From Candidatus Magasanikiibacteriota bacterium (GTDB taxonomy: Bacteria > Patescibacteriota > Patescibacteriia > Magasanikbacterales > GWA2-37-8): DNA of 64,000 nucleotides. A model generated the notes under the pieces. The model made no database searches. It was given only the letters and a program-made list of their open reading frames with translations, and was not told the origin of the DNA. The position numbers were made by a program, and so were the translations under genes. Each line of letters opens with the position of its first letter. Within the stretch, counting starts at the first letter, position 1. The stretch is from the NCBI GenBank assembly GCA_041678665.1, contig JBAYNU010000001.1, positions 80,996 through 144,995 on the forward strand, written 5' to 3'. Shown here piece after piece: positions 37,384 through 46,378 of the stretch.

Positions 37384-38856
37384 TTAAATACGTTCCCGCT
37401 CGCTCGCCTTAGCCAAATATTCGTCCTTAATTTTTTCAAAATACCCTTTGGCCGCTTCAAATTCATTAGGAATAACCCCTTCCAAAATCGCCTCTTCAAT
37501 CGCCTCTTTGATAGCGCCCACCGTTGGCCCGGGCTTGAGTCCGGATGCCGCCATTATATCTTCTCCGCGAAATGGTGACTGAAAGGCGCGTAATTTATCT
37601 TTTTCGATCACTTCGTCGATGCGACTGCGTAATTTTTTGTAATTATTTTGTCGTTTTTCCAATTTATTTGGATTGCCAGTGGTAATATCCGATACACCCA
37701 AAATCAACAGGTCTTCGAGTTCGTCGCCTAAATTTACGATGAGTCTCCGCACGGCGCTATCGGTAATGCCTTCGTCCATAAGAGCAATCGGCTGCTGATG
37801 ATAACGCACTAACTTGGATAAATATTTATAATCGTCTTTGGAAAATTTAAGCCGCCGACAAATATCACCAACTAATTTTTTACCTAAATGTTCATGCGCG
37901 TGAAAAGTCCAGCCAATTTTGGGAAAAAACTTTTTTGTTTGTGGTTTGCCAATATCGTGCAAAAGTCCGGCCAAGCGCAAAATCGACTTGGCGCTGCGCA
38001 GGGCAATGTTATCCACCACTTTAAAAGTGTGAATCAAATTATTTTTATGTTGATGTCCCCAAATTTCTTCCACCCCATCAAGCGCCGACACTTCGGGTAA
38101 TATCAAATCCATGAGATGCGTCTGAAACATCAACACTAATCCGGTCGCCGGCAAGTTGGTTGCCATTAATTTCATTAATTCTTCCTGAACGCGTTCGGCC
38201 GAAACGATTTTGATGCGTTCACGATTGCGATAAATGGCCTCCAAAGTCTTGGGTTCGATCGAAAAATTTAATTGCGCCGCGAACCGAATGGCGCGCAACA
38301 TACGCAAGGGGTCATCCGAAAATGTAACGTCGGGATCAAGCGGGGTGCGCAAAATTTTATCTTGCAAATCCTGCTGACCGTTGAATTCATCAATAATAAA
38401 TTTCTTCCAAGTTTTCTTGCTTACCGCTTCGACCGGTAGCGCCATGGCATTCACTGTAAAATCTCGACGACTTAAATCATCTTTTAATGTTGCCGCCCTC
38501 ACCTTGGGCTTGCGCGATTTTTCATGATAACTCTCGGACCGCGCCCCCGCGAATTCCAAAACAACATGGTCATCGTCGCCATCTTTATTCCTTACTCCTT
38601 TGTCCTTATTCTTTATCACATACCGCGCCGTGTCAAAATCCGAAAATTCAACCAAAGAACCCACTTCTTTTAATTTTTTGTCCAGCGCCTGGGCAAACGC
38701 CAATCCACTACCCTCCACAACAAAATCAATATCCTTATTCTGTTCCATGCCCAAAAGCATATCACGCACAAAGCCACCCACGGCATAAACCGGAGTTTTT
38801 TCTTTTTTGGCCAAAACCGCAATATCTTTGAAAATCTTAGCTAATTTTACTGCCAT
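37384..38856 (-). CDS. cca: CCA tRNA nucleotidyltransferase with HD domain
   Basis: VGGFVRD, DIDF, DLSRRDFTVNAM, DDPLRMLRAIRF and LLHDIGK motifs. Confidence 0.92.
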   Translation of the reverse strand: MAVKLAKIFKDIAVLAKKEKTPVYAVGGFVRDMLLGMEQNKDIDFVVEGSGLAFAQALDKKLKEVGSLVEFSDFDTARYVIKNKDKGVRNKDGDDDHVVLEFAGARSESYHEKSRKPKVRAATLKDDLSRRDFTVNAMALPVEAVSKKTWKKFIIDEFNGQQDLQDKILRTPLDPDVTFSDDPLRMLRAIRFAAQLNFSIEPKTLEAIYRNRERIKIVSAERVQEELMKLMATNLPATGLVLMFQTHLMDLILPEVSALDGVEEIWGHQHKNNLIHTFKVVDNIALRSAKSILRLAGLLHDIGKPQTKKFFPKIGWTFHAHEHLGKKLVGDICRRLKFSKDDYKYLSKLVRYHQQPIALMDEGITDSAVRRLIVNLGDELEDLLILGVSDITTGNPNKLEKRQNNYKKLRSRIDEVIEKDKLRAFQSPFRGEDIMAASGLKPGPTVGAIKEAIEEAILEGVIPNEFEAAKGYFEKIKDEYLAKASERERI

Positions 38857-38863
38857 ATTGGCT

Positions 38864-40057
38864 CTATTCTACAGTATTTAGAGCTAATTGTCCACACGCC
38901 GCCGCGATGTCTTGGCCCTGGGAGCGGCGAATGGTGGTGGTAAACCCACATTTCATTAGGCGCTTATGCCAGTGGTCGATGGTGGTTTCGCCCACAATGT
39001 CATTCCCGCGCAAGCGGGAATCTGCCATGTCGTTGCGCGGATCCCCGCTTTCGCGGGGATGACAAGTCGCCGGAGTGTTGAGTGGTATCAAATTTATCCT
39101 CACCTTGCCCAACTTACTCGCGAGCTTGATGAGAGCTTTCAAATGTTTCTCGCTATCATTTTCGCCCGGCACAATCGTATACTCCATTCCAATAAACTGC
39201 GTGCGACTGCTAAACCGCTCGTGATATTTTTTACTCCACTCAATCAAAAATTTAAGAAAATCCTTTTGATGCGATGGAATTAATTTTTTGCGTTCTTCTT
39301 CAATTGGATTATGAAGCGAAAGCGCAAACCGCACCGGCGGCCAATCTTTATCCACTACCATTTTTTCCATAACCGTTGGCACACCCACAGTGGACACGGT
39401 AATCTGGCGCGGGCCCATTTCGGTGTATTTTAAAATTATATTCAATGCCGCTTTGACATTTTCATAATTTAAAAGTGGCTCACCCTGACCCATCAGAACG
39501 ATGTTGGAAATTCGCTTGTCATTCTGAGCGGAGCGAGCGAAAGCGAGCGCAGTCGAAGAATCTAAATTGCGTTGCTTATCAGATCCTTCGACTCCATTCG
39601 CCTTCGGCTCATTTCGCTCAGGATGACAGTTTGACAAATATTGTTGCCAAAACCTCACCTGGTCCACAATTTCTTGCATCGTCAAATTACGTTTGAACCC
39701 CATCTTGCCGGTAGCGCAAAACGTGCAACCCATCGGACAACCAACTTGGGTAGAAATACAAATGGTATAGCGTTCGTCTGCTTCTCTGGTTAACTTTTTA
39801 TTTTCACGCCCCATTAGCACTGTTTCAATACAAGCGCCATCACTCAATTCCAACAACACCTTTTTTGTCCCGTCAATCTTACTTATCTGCATAGTTTTTT
39901 CTTTCGCTACCATCCACGGCTCGCCTTTTAATTTTTCCCGCAAATCTTTGGGCAAAGTGGTAATTTCAAAATACGAAGAAACGCCCGGAGTAAACCAAGC
40001 GCGATAAATTTGATCAAGCCGATATTTGGGTTGATTGTCTAAAAGCTGAGATAACAT
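38864..40057 (-). CDS. rlmN: Radical SAM RNA methyltransferase RlmN with two in-frame repeat insertions
   Basis: CISTQVGCPMGCTFCATG, MGQGEP, ALSLH, NLIP and DIAAACGQL motifs. Confidence 0.92.
   Translation of the reverse strand: MLSQLLDNQPKYRLDQIYRAWFTPGVSSYFEITTLPKDLREKLKGEPWMVAKEKTMQISKIDGTKKVLLELSDGACIETVLMGRENKKLTREADERYTICISTQVGCPMGCTFCATGKMGFKRNLTMQEIVDQVRFWQQYLSNCHPERNEPKANGVEGSDKQRNLDSSTALAFARSAQNDKRISNIVLMGQGEPLLNYENVKAALNIILKYTEMGPRQITVSTVGVPTVMEKMVVDKDWPPVRFALSLHNPIEEERKKLIPSHQKDFLKFLIEWSKKYHERFSSRTQFIGMEYTIVPGENDSEKHLKALIKLASKLGKVRINLIPLNTPATCHPRESGDPRNDMADSRLRGNDIVGETTIDHWHKRLMKCGFTTTIRRSQGQDIAAACGQLALNTVE
38998..39064. repeat. TGTCA...TGACA dimer (type B, dRS3-like) inside rlmN
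   Basis: tgtcattcccgcgcaagcgggaatc...gatccccgctttcgcggggatgaca; encodes CHPRESGDPRNDMADSRLRGND. Confidence 0.9.
39517..39628. repeat. TGTCA...TGACA dimer (type A) inside rlmN
   Basis: Encodes CHPERNEPKANGVEGSDKQRNLDSSTALAFARSAQND. Confidence 0.9.
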
Positions 40058-40059
40058 AA

Positions 40060-42561
40060 TTATTTTTTCTTCGCTACCACTAAACTCACTGTGGCCATTA
40101 CAAAAATCGGAATCAACACTAGCTCCAAATATACATAGGAAGGTATGGCAACAAAATGGAACACACTGCGAATCGGGGCAACTACCAAGGCCAGAACCAA
40201 GAGCACTGCCAGAAGCCCGACAATATACAACATCAAACGATTACTTTTTATTTGCGACCATTCACGACTAAAAAATGTAAGGAGTATTTGCGACCACACC
40301 AGTGCCGCAAACGCCACTGTGCGCCCAAGATCTAAGTTGCTAACACGCCAGCCAAAATAATAATAAAACCCTAAGCTCACTGCCAGTATCCCCGCTCCTT
40401 GCCAAAGTATCTGCCACCACAAACGCGGATTGACAATCGGCTCGCTTACCGGACGCGGCGGTTCACTCATTAAATTGTGACGCGCTTTTTCCTTTTCAAA
40501 ACCCAACACCGATACCGGATCACAAATAAGTTCCAGAAAAATAATGTGAATCGGCATAAATATTAATGGCTGTCCCAGAAATAACGGTACCACCGCAAGT
40601 CCAATAATCGGCAAATGAAACGAAAATAAAAACATAAAAGCATGGCGCAAATTGTCATAAATTCTACGACCTTCTTTTACTGCCGAAACAATAGTGGTTA
40701 AATTATCATCCAAAAGCACGATGCCCGACGCCGATCGGGCCACTTCGGTACCACGTTGACCCATGGCTACGCCAATGTCTGCTTTTTTCAACGCCGGCGC
40801 ATCGTTCACTCCGTCACCAGTCATCGCCACCACCTCGCCATTCTTTTGTAACGCTTCCACAATACGATACTTATGTTCCGGACGCACGCGCGCAAAAATA
40901 CTATGATCTTTTACCAAAGCACGCAAATCGCCCTCGCTCATATTCTCAATTTTAGCGCCACTGATGATTTCTTCGTTATGTTTTAAACCAATATGTTCGG
41001 CAATACTGTGAGCCGTCAATTTATTGTCGCCGGTAATCATAATAATGCGAATACCGGCATTCTGACAAATATCAATAGCTTCTTTTACACCGGCACGCGC
41101 CGGATCACTCATCACTAAAAATCCTACAAAATCCAAGCCGGTTAATTCCAATTGTTTTTTAGGTTCACATTTTTTTCTAGCCACACCAATTACTCGCAGG
41201 CCTTCGCTGGCTACCTGTTCATTTACGGTCGTCAAATGCCTTTTCTCTTTTTCTGATAATCCGCAACTACCTATTACCGATTCGGGCGCGCCGGCAGTAT
41301 ATTGAAAACAACTACCATTCTGATCTTGCCACACATGGTGTACCATTTTGGTTTCGGCGTTAAAAGAAAAATCTGCAATGAGCGAATGGGTATTAAAAAA
41401 ATTATTAAGATCCACTCCTTGTTGTTTGGCAAAATTATGCATTTCAATTTCGATTGGATCAATCGGCACGCGCTCCAAAGATAAAAGCGATGCCGTGATT
41501 AAAGATAGCAAATCTTGGCGAGTTTTCTTTCCATCCAAATTAATAAATTTATCATTAAAAAAAACTTTAACCAGAGACATGCGTCCCTCGGTTAAAGTGC
41601 CAGTTTTATCAGTAGCAATTACCGTGGCGCTGCCCAGTGTCTCCACCATCTCCATTTCGCGCACCAAAGCATTTTGTTTACTCATTCGCCATACACCCAC
41701 AATTAAAAATACCGAAAATACCACCGGAAATTCTTCGGGGATTAAAGACATGGCCATAGTCAGACCACCTAGAACTCCTTCTTCCCAACCATGAAATATA
41801 GTTAAAATACCAGCCACCAATACCGCCGCTAGTCCTGCCCCGATAGCAATACCGCGCACTAAATGATGAATTTTCTTTTGTAAAGGAGTTTGCTTGGATT
41901 CAATATTGGCAAGCAAGCTTCCCAAATGACCATAGGCTGTCGCAATACCGGTTTTTTCTACAAGCAAATAACCTTCCCCTGAAGTAGCGAGCGTTCCCTG
42001 AAACAAATAATGCTCTTCGGCGCTTGAATTGGTAGAAACGACCTCGGCTTTGACTACCGAAACCGATTCCCCGGTAAGCATACTCTCATCTACCTGAAGA
42101 CCCGGAGAATTTAACAGATATCCATCAGCTGGAACTTTATCGCCCGCCGTAAGATACACTAAATCGCCCGGCACCAAATAACGCACTTCCACTTCTTCTA
42201 ATTTACCATCGCGATAAACTCGGCAATGATTGACAATTAATTTGTCCAAAGCAGTAATAGCGGTATCAGTGCGCTGCTCTTGTAAATACTCAAAAAATAA
42301 AATCGGGATAATGGAACACATCAAAATAATGGCGTCAACCTTTTCCCCAATAAAAAAATATATGATAGCAGCAATAAAAATAAGAGCTATCATAGGCTCA
42401 GAAACTATTCCCCACAATCGATGCAACCAAGTTTTTTTCTTAGAATGCGGACGCTCGTTGTAACCGTATTTCGCCAAAGCAGCCTGCGCCTGCACACTAG
42501 TAAAACCATGGTAAGTGGAACGGATAGGCAAAACACTATCTAAAATATTGTTCTGGTTCAT
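40060..42561 (-). CDS. Cation-transporting P-type ATPase (type II-like)
   Basis: TGES, PEEFP, DKTGTLT and TGDGVNDAPALK motifs. Confidence 0.95.
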   Translation of the reverse strand: MNQNNILDSVLPIRSTYHGFTSVQAQAALAKYGYNERPHSKKKTWLHRLWGIVSEPMIALIFIAAIIYFFIGEKVDAIILMCSIIPILFFEYLQEQRTDTAITALDKLIVNHCRVYRDGKLEEVEVRYLVPGDLVYLTAGDKVPADGYLLNSPGLQVDESMLTGESVSVVKAEVVSTNSSAEEHYLFQGTLATSGEGYLLVEKTGIATAYGHLGSLLANIESKQTPLQKKIHHLVRGIAIGAGLAAVLVAGILTIFHGWEEGVLGGLTMAMSLIPEEFPVVFSVFLIVGVWRMSKQNALVREMEMVETLGSATVIATDKTGTLTEGRMSLVKVFFNDKFINLDGKKTRQDLLSLITASLLSLERVPIDPIEIEMHNFAKQQGVDLNNFFNTHSLIADFSFNAETKMVHHVWQDQNGSCFQYTAGAPESVIGSCGLSEKEKRHLTTVNEQVASEGLRVIGVARKKCEPKKQLELTGLDFVGFLVMSDPARAGVKEAIDICQNAGIRIIMITGDNKLTAHSIAEHIGLKHNEEIISGAKIENMSEGDLRALVKDHSIFARVRPEHKYRIVEALQKNGEVVAMTGDGVNDAPALKKADIGVAMGQRGTEVARSASGIVLLDDNLTTIVSAVKEGRRIYDNLRHAFMFLFSFHLPIIGLAVVPLFLGQPLIFMPIHIIFLELICDPVSVLGFEKEKARHNLMSEPPRPVSEPIVNPRLWWQILWQGAGILAVSLGFYYYFGWRVSNLDLGRTVAFAALVWSQILLTFFSREWSQIKSNRLMLYIVGLLAVLLVLALVVAPIRSVFHFVAIPSYVYLELVLIPIFVMATVSLVVAKKK

Positions 42562-42591
42562 AAACCTAATACCTAAAAGCTAAAAGCCAAT

Positions 42592-43626
42592 TTATACCTT
42601 TTTCTGTCTCCCTGCCCTCTTCTCGGCTGTGGCTTCATCTATCCACCCTTCTTTAAATAATTCCTTAACTGAATTTTCCATAGTAATCATTCCTTCTTTA
42701 GCCCCCGTTTGAATCACTGTTTTGAGTTGATCAATTTTATTTTCTCGAATCAAATTGGCGGTCGCCGGAGTATTTACCAAAATCTCGCGCGCTGGCACTC
42801 GCCCGCCATCTTTAGATGGAAGTAATTGTTGTGCCACCACCATACGTAAAACCGAAGCTAGCTGAATCAAAATTTGTTTTTGCTTTGTTCCGTCAAACAC
42901 ATCCACAATACGCTCCACAGCTTCAGCCGCGCTCGGCGTATGCAAGGTAGACAAAACCAAGTGACCAGTTTCGGCAGCGGTAAGCGCAGTGGCAATCGTT
43001 TCGGAATCACGCATTTCACCTACATAAATAATATTTGGATCTTGACGTAGCACGTATTTAAGCGCCTGAGCGAATGACTTGGTATCAATTCCGACTTCAC
43101 GCTGTTCAATTAGGCTTTTCTTGTCCTCAAACATAAATTCAATTGGATCTTCAATAGTTACAATATGCGCTTTGCGACTTTTGTTAATCTCTTCAATAAT
43201 CGAAGCGATCGTTGTGGACTTACCAGAACCAGTCGGACCAGTTACTAATATCAAACCATCTAAAAAATTCGGAATTTCCAAAAGCGGGGCTTCAAAATGC
43301 AAATCTTTAGGATTAGGAATCTCGGCTGGAATCAAACGCGCTGCCAGACCAATCTTTTCAGCCTGCTGATGCAAATTCACACGAAAGCGCGCCCCATCAA
43401 TTTCATAGCCAAAATCAAACTCTAAGCTCTCACGATATTTGGCCAGCTGTTCTTTATTTAATAATTCCATGATGGCTATCTCTAGATCTTTATTGTCCAA
43501 TTTTTTTTCTGCCAATTCTTTAAGTTCTCCTTCGATCCTAAGCATCGGCAACTCCCCGCCCACTAAATGCAAATCCGACGCCTCGGCCTTAATGGCCTCT
43601 TTAAAATAATTTTGGATGTTTAACAT
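42592..43626 (-). CDS. pilT: Type IV pilus retraction ATPase PilT/PilU
   Basis: ASDLHL, GPTGSGKSTT, TIEDPIE, LRQDP and AAETGHLVLSTLHT motifs. Confidence 0.92.
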   Translation of the reverse strand: MLNIQNYFKEAIKAEASDLHLVGGELPMLRIEGELKELAEKKLDNKDLEIAIMELLNKEQLAKYRESLEFDFGYEIDGARFRVNLHQQAEKIGLAARLIPAEIPNPKDLHFEAPLLEIPNFLDGLILVTGPTGSGKSTTIASIIEEINKSRKAHIVTIEDPIEFMFEDKKSLIEQREVGIDTKSFAQALKYVLRQDPNIIYVGEMRDSETIATALTAAETGHLVLSTLHTPSAAEAVERIVDVFDGTKQKQILIQLASVLRMVVAQQLLPSKDGGRVPAREILVNTPATANLIRENKIDQLKTVIQTGAKEGMITMENSVKELFKEGWIDEATAEKRAGRQKKV

Positions 43627-43710
43627 AAATTATACATTAAAATATAAAAACACCAGAATATCAAAACAGCCGACTAACTCTTCGATTAATAACTATATTG
43701 CTTGAATGAA

Positions 43711-44360
43711 CTAAAATCCTTTATGTTCCAAAAGTACTGTAAAAGTACGAAAAATAATTTTAATGTCTTGCCACAAAATTTGCCACGAATTATGTGTGCG
43801 ACAAAAATTAATATACTGCTCGTCCAAATTCCAAGGGTCTTTCACTTCGTTAAAATGTCCTTTATAAGATTGAAACAAACCGGTTAATCCTCCGCGCATC
43901 GCTTTTTTAACAAAAATTCCTTCGGCTAGTTGTATTTTATAATCTTTTTGGTTAGGCGGCCGCGGTCCTACAATACTCATTTCGCCCTTAAGCACATTCC
44001 AAAGCTGGGGCAATTCGTCCAAATAAACTTTTTTAAACAATCGTCCGACCCGGGTCAAATTTTGCGGTTTAGATTCTATCCGAGCTGTTTTAATAAACCC
44101 TTCCTGTTTCATTTCATCTTCGTAAACTTTGGGCCAACAAGTGCGAATTTTACAAAATTTAAAAGCTTTGCCACCTGACACCCGCTCTTCACAATAAAAC
44201 CACTGGCCACGCGCTTGGGAATTGAAAACGCGCTCCATGGTAAGTAATAAGAAAAAAACAATAACAACGGAGATAATAATACTAAACTAGCTAGTGCCAC
44301 CACAATATCTAAAATACGCTTGGACAACGGGATGGGAACAAAATCATTAACAGTCAACAT
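43711..44360 (-). pseudogene. Bacterial sugar transferase (priming phosphoglycosyl transferase), frameshifted
   Basis: N-part KRILDIVVALASLVLLSP (44360 ORF) and C-part LDELPQLWNVLKGEMSIVGPRP (44238 ORF) are in different frames; the break is at a T7 run, 44252-44258. Confidence 0.75.
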
Positions 44361-44411
44361 AATGATAATATTCTATCATATTACACCTAAAACTCCAATA
44401 GATAAGACGAT

Positions 44412-44440
44412 TTGCCCCTAACCGCAAAAAGTGCTAAAAT
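44412..44440 (+). promoter_or_regulatory. sigma70 promoter of the HD-domain gene
   Basis: TTGCCC-17nt-TAAAAT with extended TG; ATG follows after 10 nt. Confidence 0.55.
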
Positions 44441-44450
44441 CTATTCAACT

Positions 44451-45089
44451 ATGACTACCAATTTTCGTAAGCTAAAATCCCAAGAAGAAATTTTCAACAA
44501 ATTTATCCGTCGCTTATCACCTCAGGCACAAACAACTCTAAAAGCGGCCTTTAAATTATCCAAACACGCCCACACTGGTCAAAAACGCGACGAGGGTGAC
44601 CCATATTTTATCCACCCCCTACGCGTGGCAAATTTTTTAATCAAAGATTTGAAAGTATTCAATCCTGATATTATTTCTTCAGCTCTGCTTCACGATGTGG
44701 TGGAAGATACCGACGTGCCGTTGTCAATTATAAAAAAACAATTTGGAACGCGCATTGGCAACTTAGTAAAAAACCTCACCCGACCCCGACCCAAACACGA
44801 AACCGAAGATCATAAAAGAAAAGGTAAACTAAAAAAATATTACGCACTTTTAAAAGCCGACGAAGATACCCGACTCATTAAATGTGCCGACATGCTCGAT
44901 AATTTACGCTCCATGCATTTTGTCCCCAAACACCACCCCACTCGCCGCAAATTTCCGCGCTGGCTTGAAGAAGTTAAAAAATATAATTTGCCTTTAGCAC
45001 GCATCACCAACAAAACCGTTGTTATTAAAATGCAAAAAACTTTTAACCAAACCAAAAAATACTTATCAACAAAGACTACTCACACTTGA
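44451..45089 (+). CDS. Stand-alone RelA/SpoT-type HD hydrolase (small alarmone hydrolase-like)
   Basis: AHTGQKR..GDPYFIHP, LLHDVVEDT and IKCADMLDNL motifs. Confidence 0.85.
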   Translation: MTTNFRKLKSQEEIFNKFIRRLSPQAQTTLKAAFKLSKHAHTGQKRDEGDPYFIHPLRVANFLIKDLKVFNPDIISSALLHDVVEDTDVPLSIIKKQFGTRIGNLVKNLTRPRPKHETEDHKRKGKLKKYYALLKADEDTRLIKCADMLDNLRSMHFVPKHHPTRRKFPRWLEEVKKYNLPLARITNKTVVIKMQKTFNQTKKYLSTKTTHT

Positions 45090-45126
45090 TTTTTTCTATA
45101 AACATGATATAATCCTAAAAGTTTAA

Positions 45127-45200
45127 CGGGGTGTGGCCCAATTGGCTAAGGCGCGTGATTCGGGTTCACGAGATTCCGGGTTCAAGTCCCGGCACCCCGA
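45127..45200 (+). tRNA. tRNA-Pro(CGG)
   Basis: CGGGGTGTGGCCCAATTGGCTAAGGCGCGTGATT-CGG-GTTCACGAGATTCCGGGTTCAAGTCCCGGCACCCCGA; CCA not encoded. Confidence 0.95.
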
Positions 45201-45207
45201 CTAAACT

Positions 45208-45237
45208 AAAACAACGCTTGTTAATCAGCGTTGTTTT
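45208..45237 (+). terminator. Intrinsic terminator after tRNA-Pro
   Basis: AAAACAACGCT...AGCGTTGTTTT inverted repeat. Confidence 0.7.
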
Positions 45238-45265
45238 GTATATAATACCAACACTAAACTAAAAC

Positions 45266-46360
45266 ATGAATAAAAAAATCATCATTCTTCACGACTATTT
45301 TCTCTACAAAGGCGGCGGCGAGCGGCTGGTAATTAGCATGGCCAAAAACCTTGGCGCCGATATTGCCACGGCCTTTATTGCGAAAGACGCCTTTGATCCA
45401 CGCGGACAAATTCCAGGCCGAGTGTTTGAATTATATCGCGAAAAAACATGGTCGCGCATGCCGGGCTTTCGCTATCTACAGACACAACTATCTTTTTTAT
45501 TCAAAACCAAATTCCTAAAAAATTACGACACTGTCATCTACAGCGGCGATTGCCTAATCGCGGCTCTGCGCGCCACCAACGCAAAAAATATTGCCTACAT
45601 GCACACTCCCCCGCGCCATTTGTTTGATTGCTACCAAGAAAAATTAAGCGCTTACAGTTGGTGGAAAAAAATATTATTTATCCCCTTTGCCGCCTTCAAC
45701 CGCTGGCGTTTTCGCGCACTGTCACGCAAAATGGATAAAATCATTACCAATTCCCAAAATACCCAAGCGCGCATCAAAAAATATTTAGGGCTTGATTCAA
45801 CGGTGGTCTACCCCCCTTGCACCACTTTGCCCTTTAAAAATCTGGGTCAAGGAGATTACTTTTTTTCCTGGGCACGGCTTTATTCCATCAAACGCATTGA
45901 TTTAATCGTGCGGGCTTTCACTCAAATGCCCGATAAGAAATTAATCTTGGCCTCGGGCGGACCGGAATTAGAAAATATTAAAAAATTGGCCCAGGGACAC
46001 GACAATATTACAATCGTCGGCTGGATTAACGACGACCAGCTTTTGGATTATTTGGGGCATTGTCTCGCCACTGTTTATATTCCGGTGCGCGAGGATTTCG
46101 GCATGAGCCCAGTAGAAAGTATGGCGGGCGGCAAACCGGTAATCGCCAGCGCCGAGGGCGGGCTACTGGAAATTATTGAGCATCAAAAAAACGGCCTGAT
46201 GATTCCGGCCGATCCTCTAATTGACGACTTGATTAAGGCGGTGAAAAAAATGACACCTGAAAAAGCCAGATCAATGGAACAAAACTGTTACGCTACCGCG
46301 CGTCAGTTTACCGAAGCGCAATTTGCGGATAAAATACGGCAGGCAATCATTACCGCCTAA
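45266..46360 (+). CDS. GT4 glycosyltransferase
   Basis: GGGER, KRIDL and EDFGMSPVESMAGGKPVI motifs. Confidence 0.92.
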   Translation: MNKKIIILHDYFLYKGGGERLVISMAKNLGADIATAFIAKDAFDPRGQIPGRVFELYREKTWSRMPGFRYLQTQLSFLFKTKFLKNYDTVIYSGDCLIAALRATNAKNIAYMHTPPRHLFDCYQEKLSAYSWWKKILFIPFAAFNRWRFRALSRKMDKIITNSQNTQARIKKYLGLDSTVVYPPCTTLPFKNLGQGDYFFSWARLYSIKRIDLIVRAFTQMPDKKLILASGGPELENIKKLAQGHDNITIVGWINDDQLLDYLGHCLATVYIPVREDFGMSPVESMAGGKPVIASAEGGLLEIIEHQKNGLMIPADPLIDDLIKAVKKMTPEKARSMEQNCYATARQFTEAQFADKIRQAIITA

Positions 46361-46378
46361 AATTAATCTTAAATCTCA

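Noticed and set aside
38864-40057. Inteins or self-splicing introns in rlmN (inserts start with Cys)
   Set aside because: The inserts are only 22-37 aa, lack the HN-[CST] end and splicing blocks, and are explained by the DNA palindrome.
38864-40057. Cfr-type resistance methyltransferase
   Set aside because: The CISTQVGC motif and housekeeping context fit RlmN better than Cfr (CISSQCGC).
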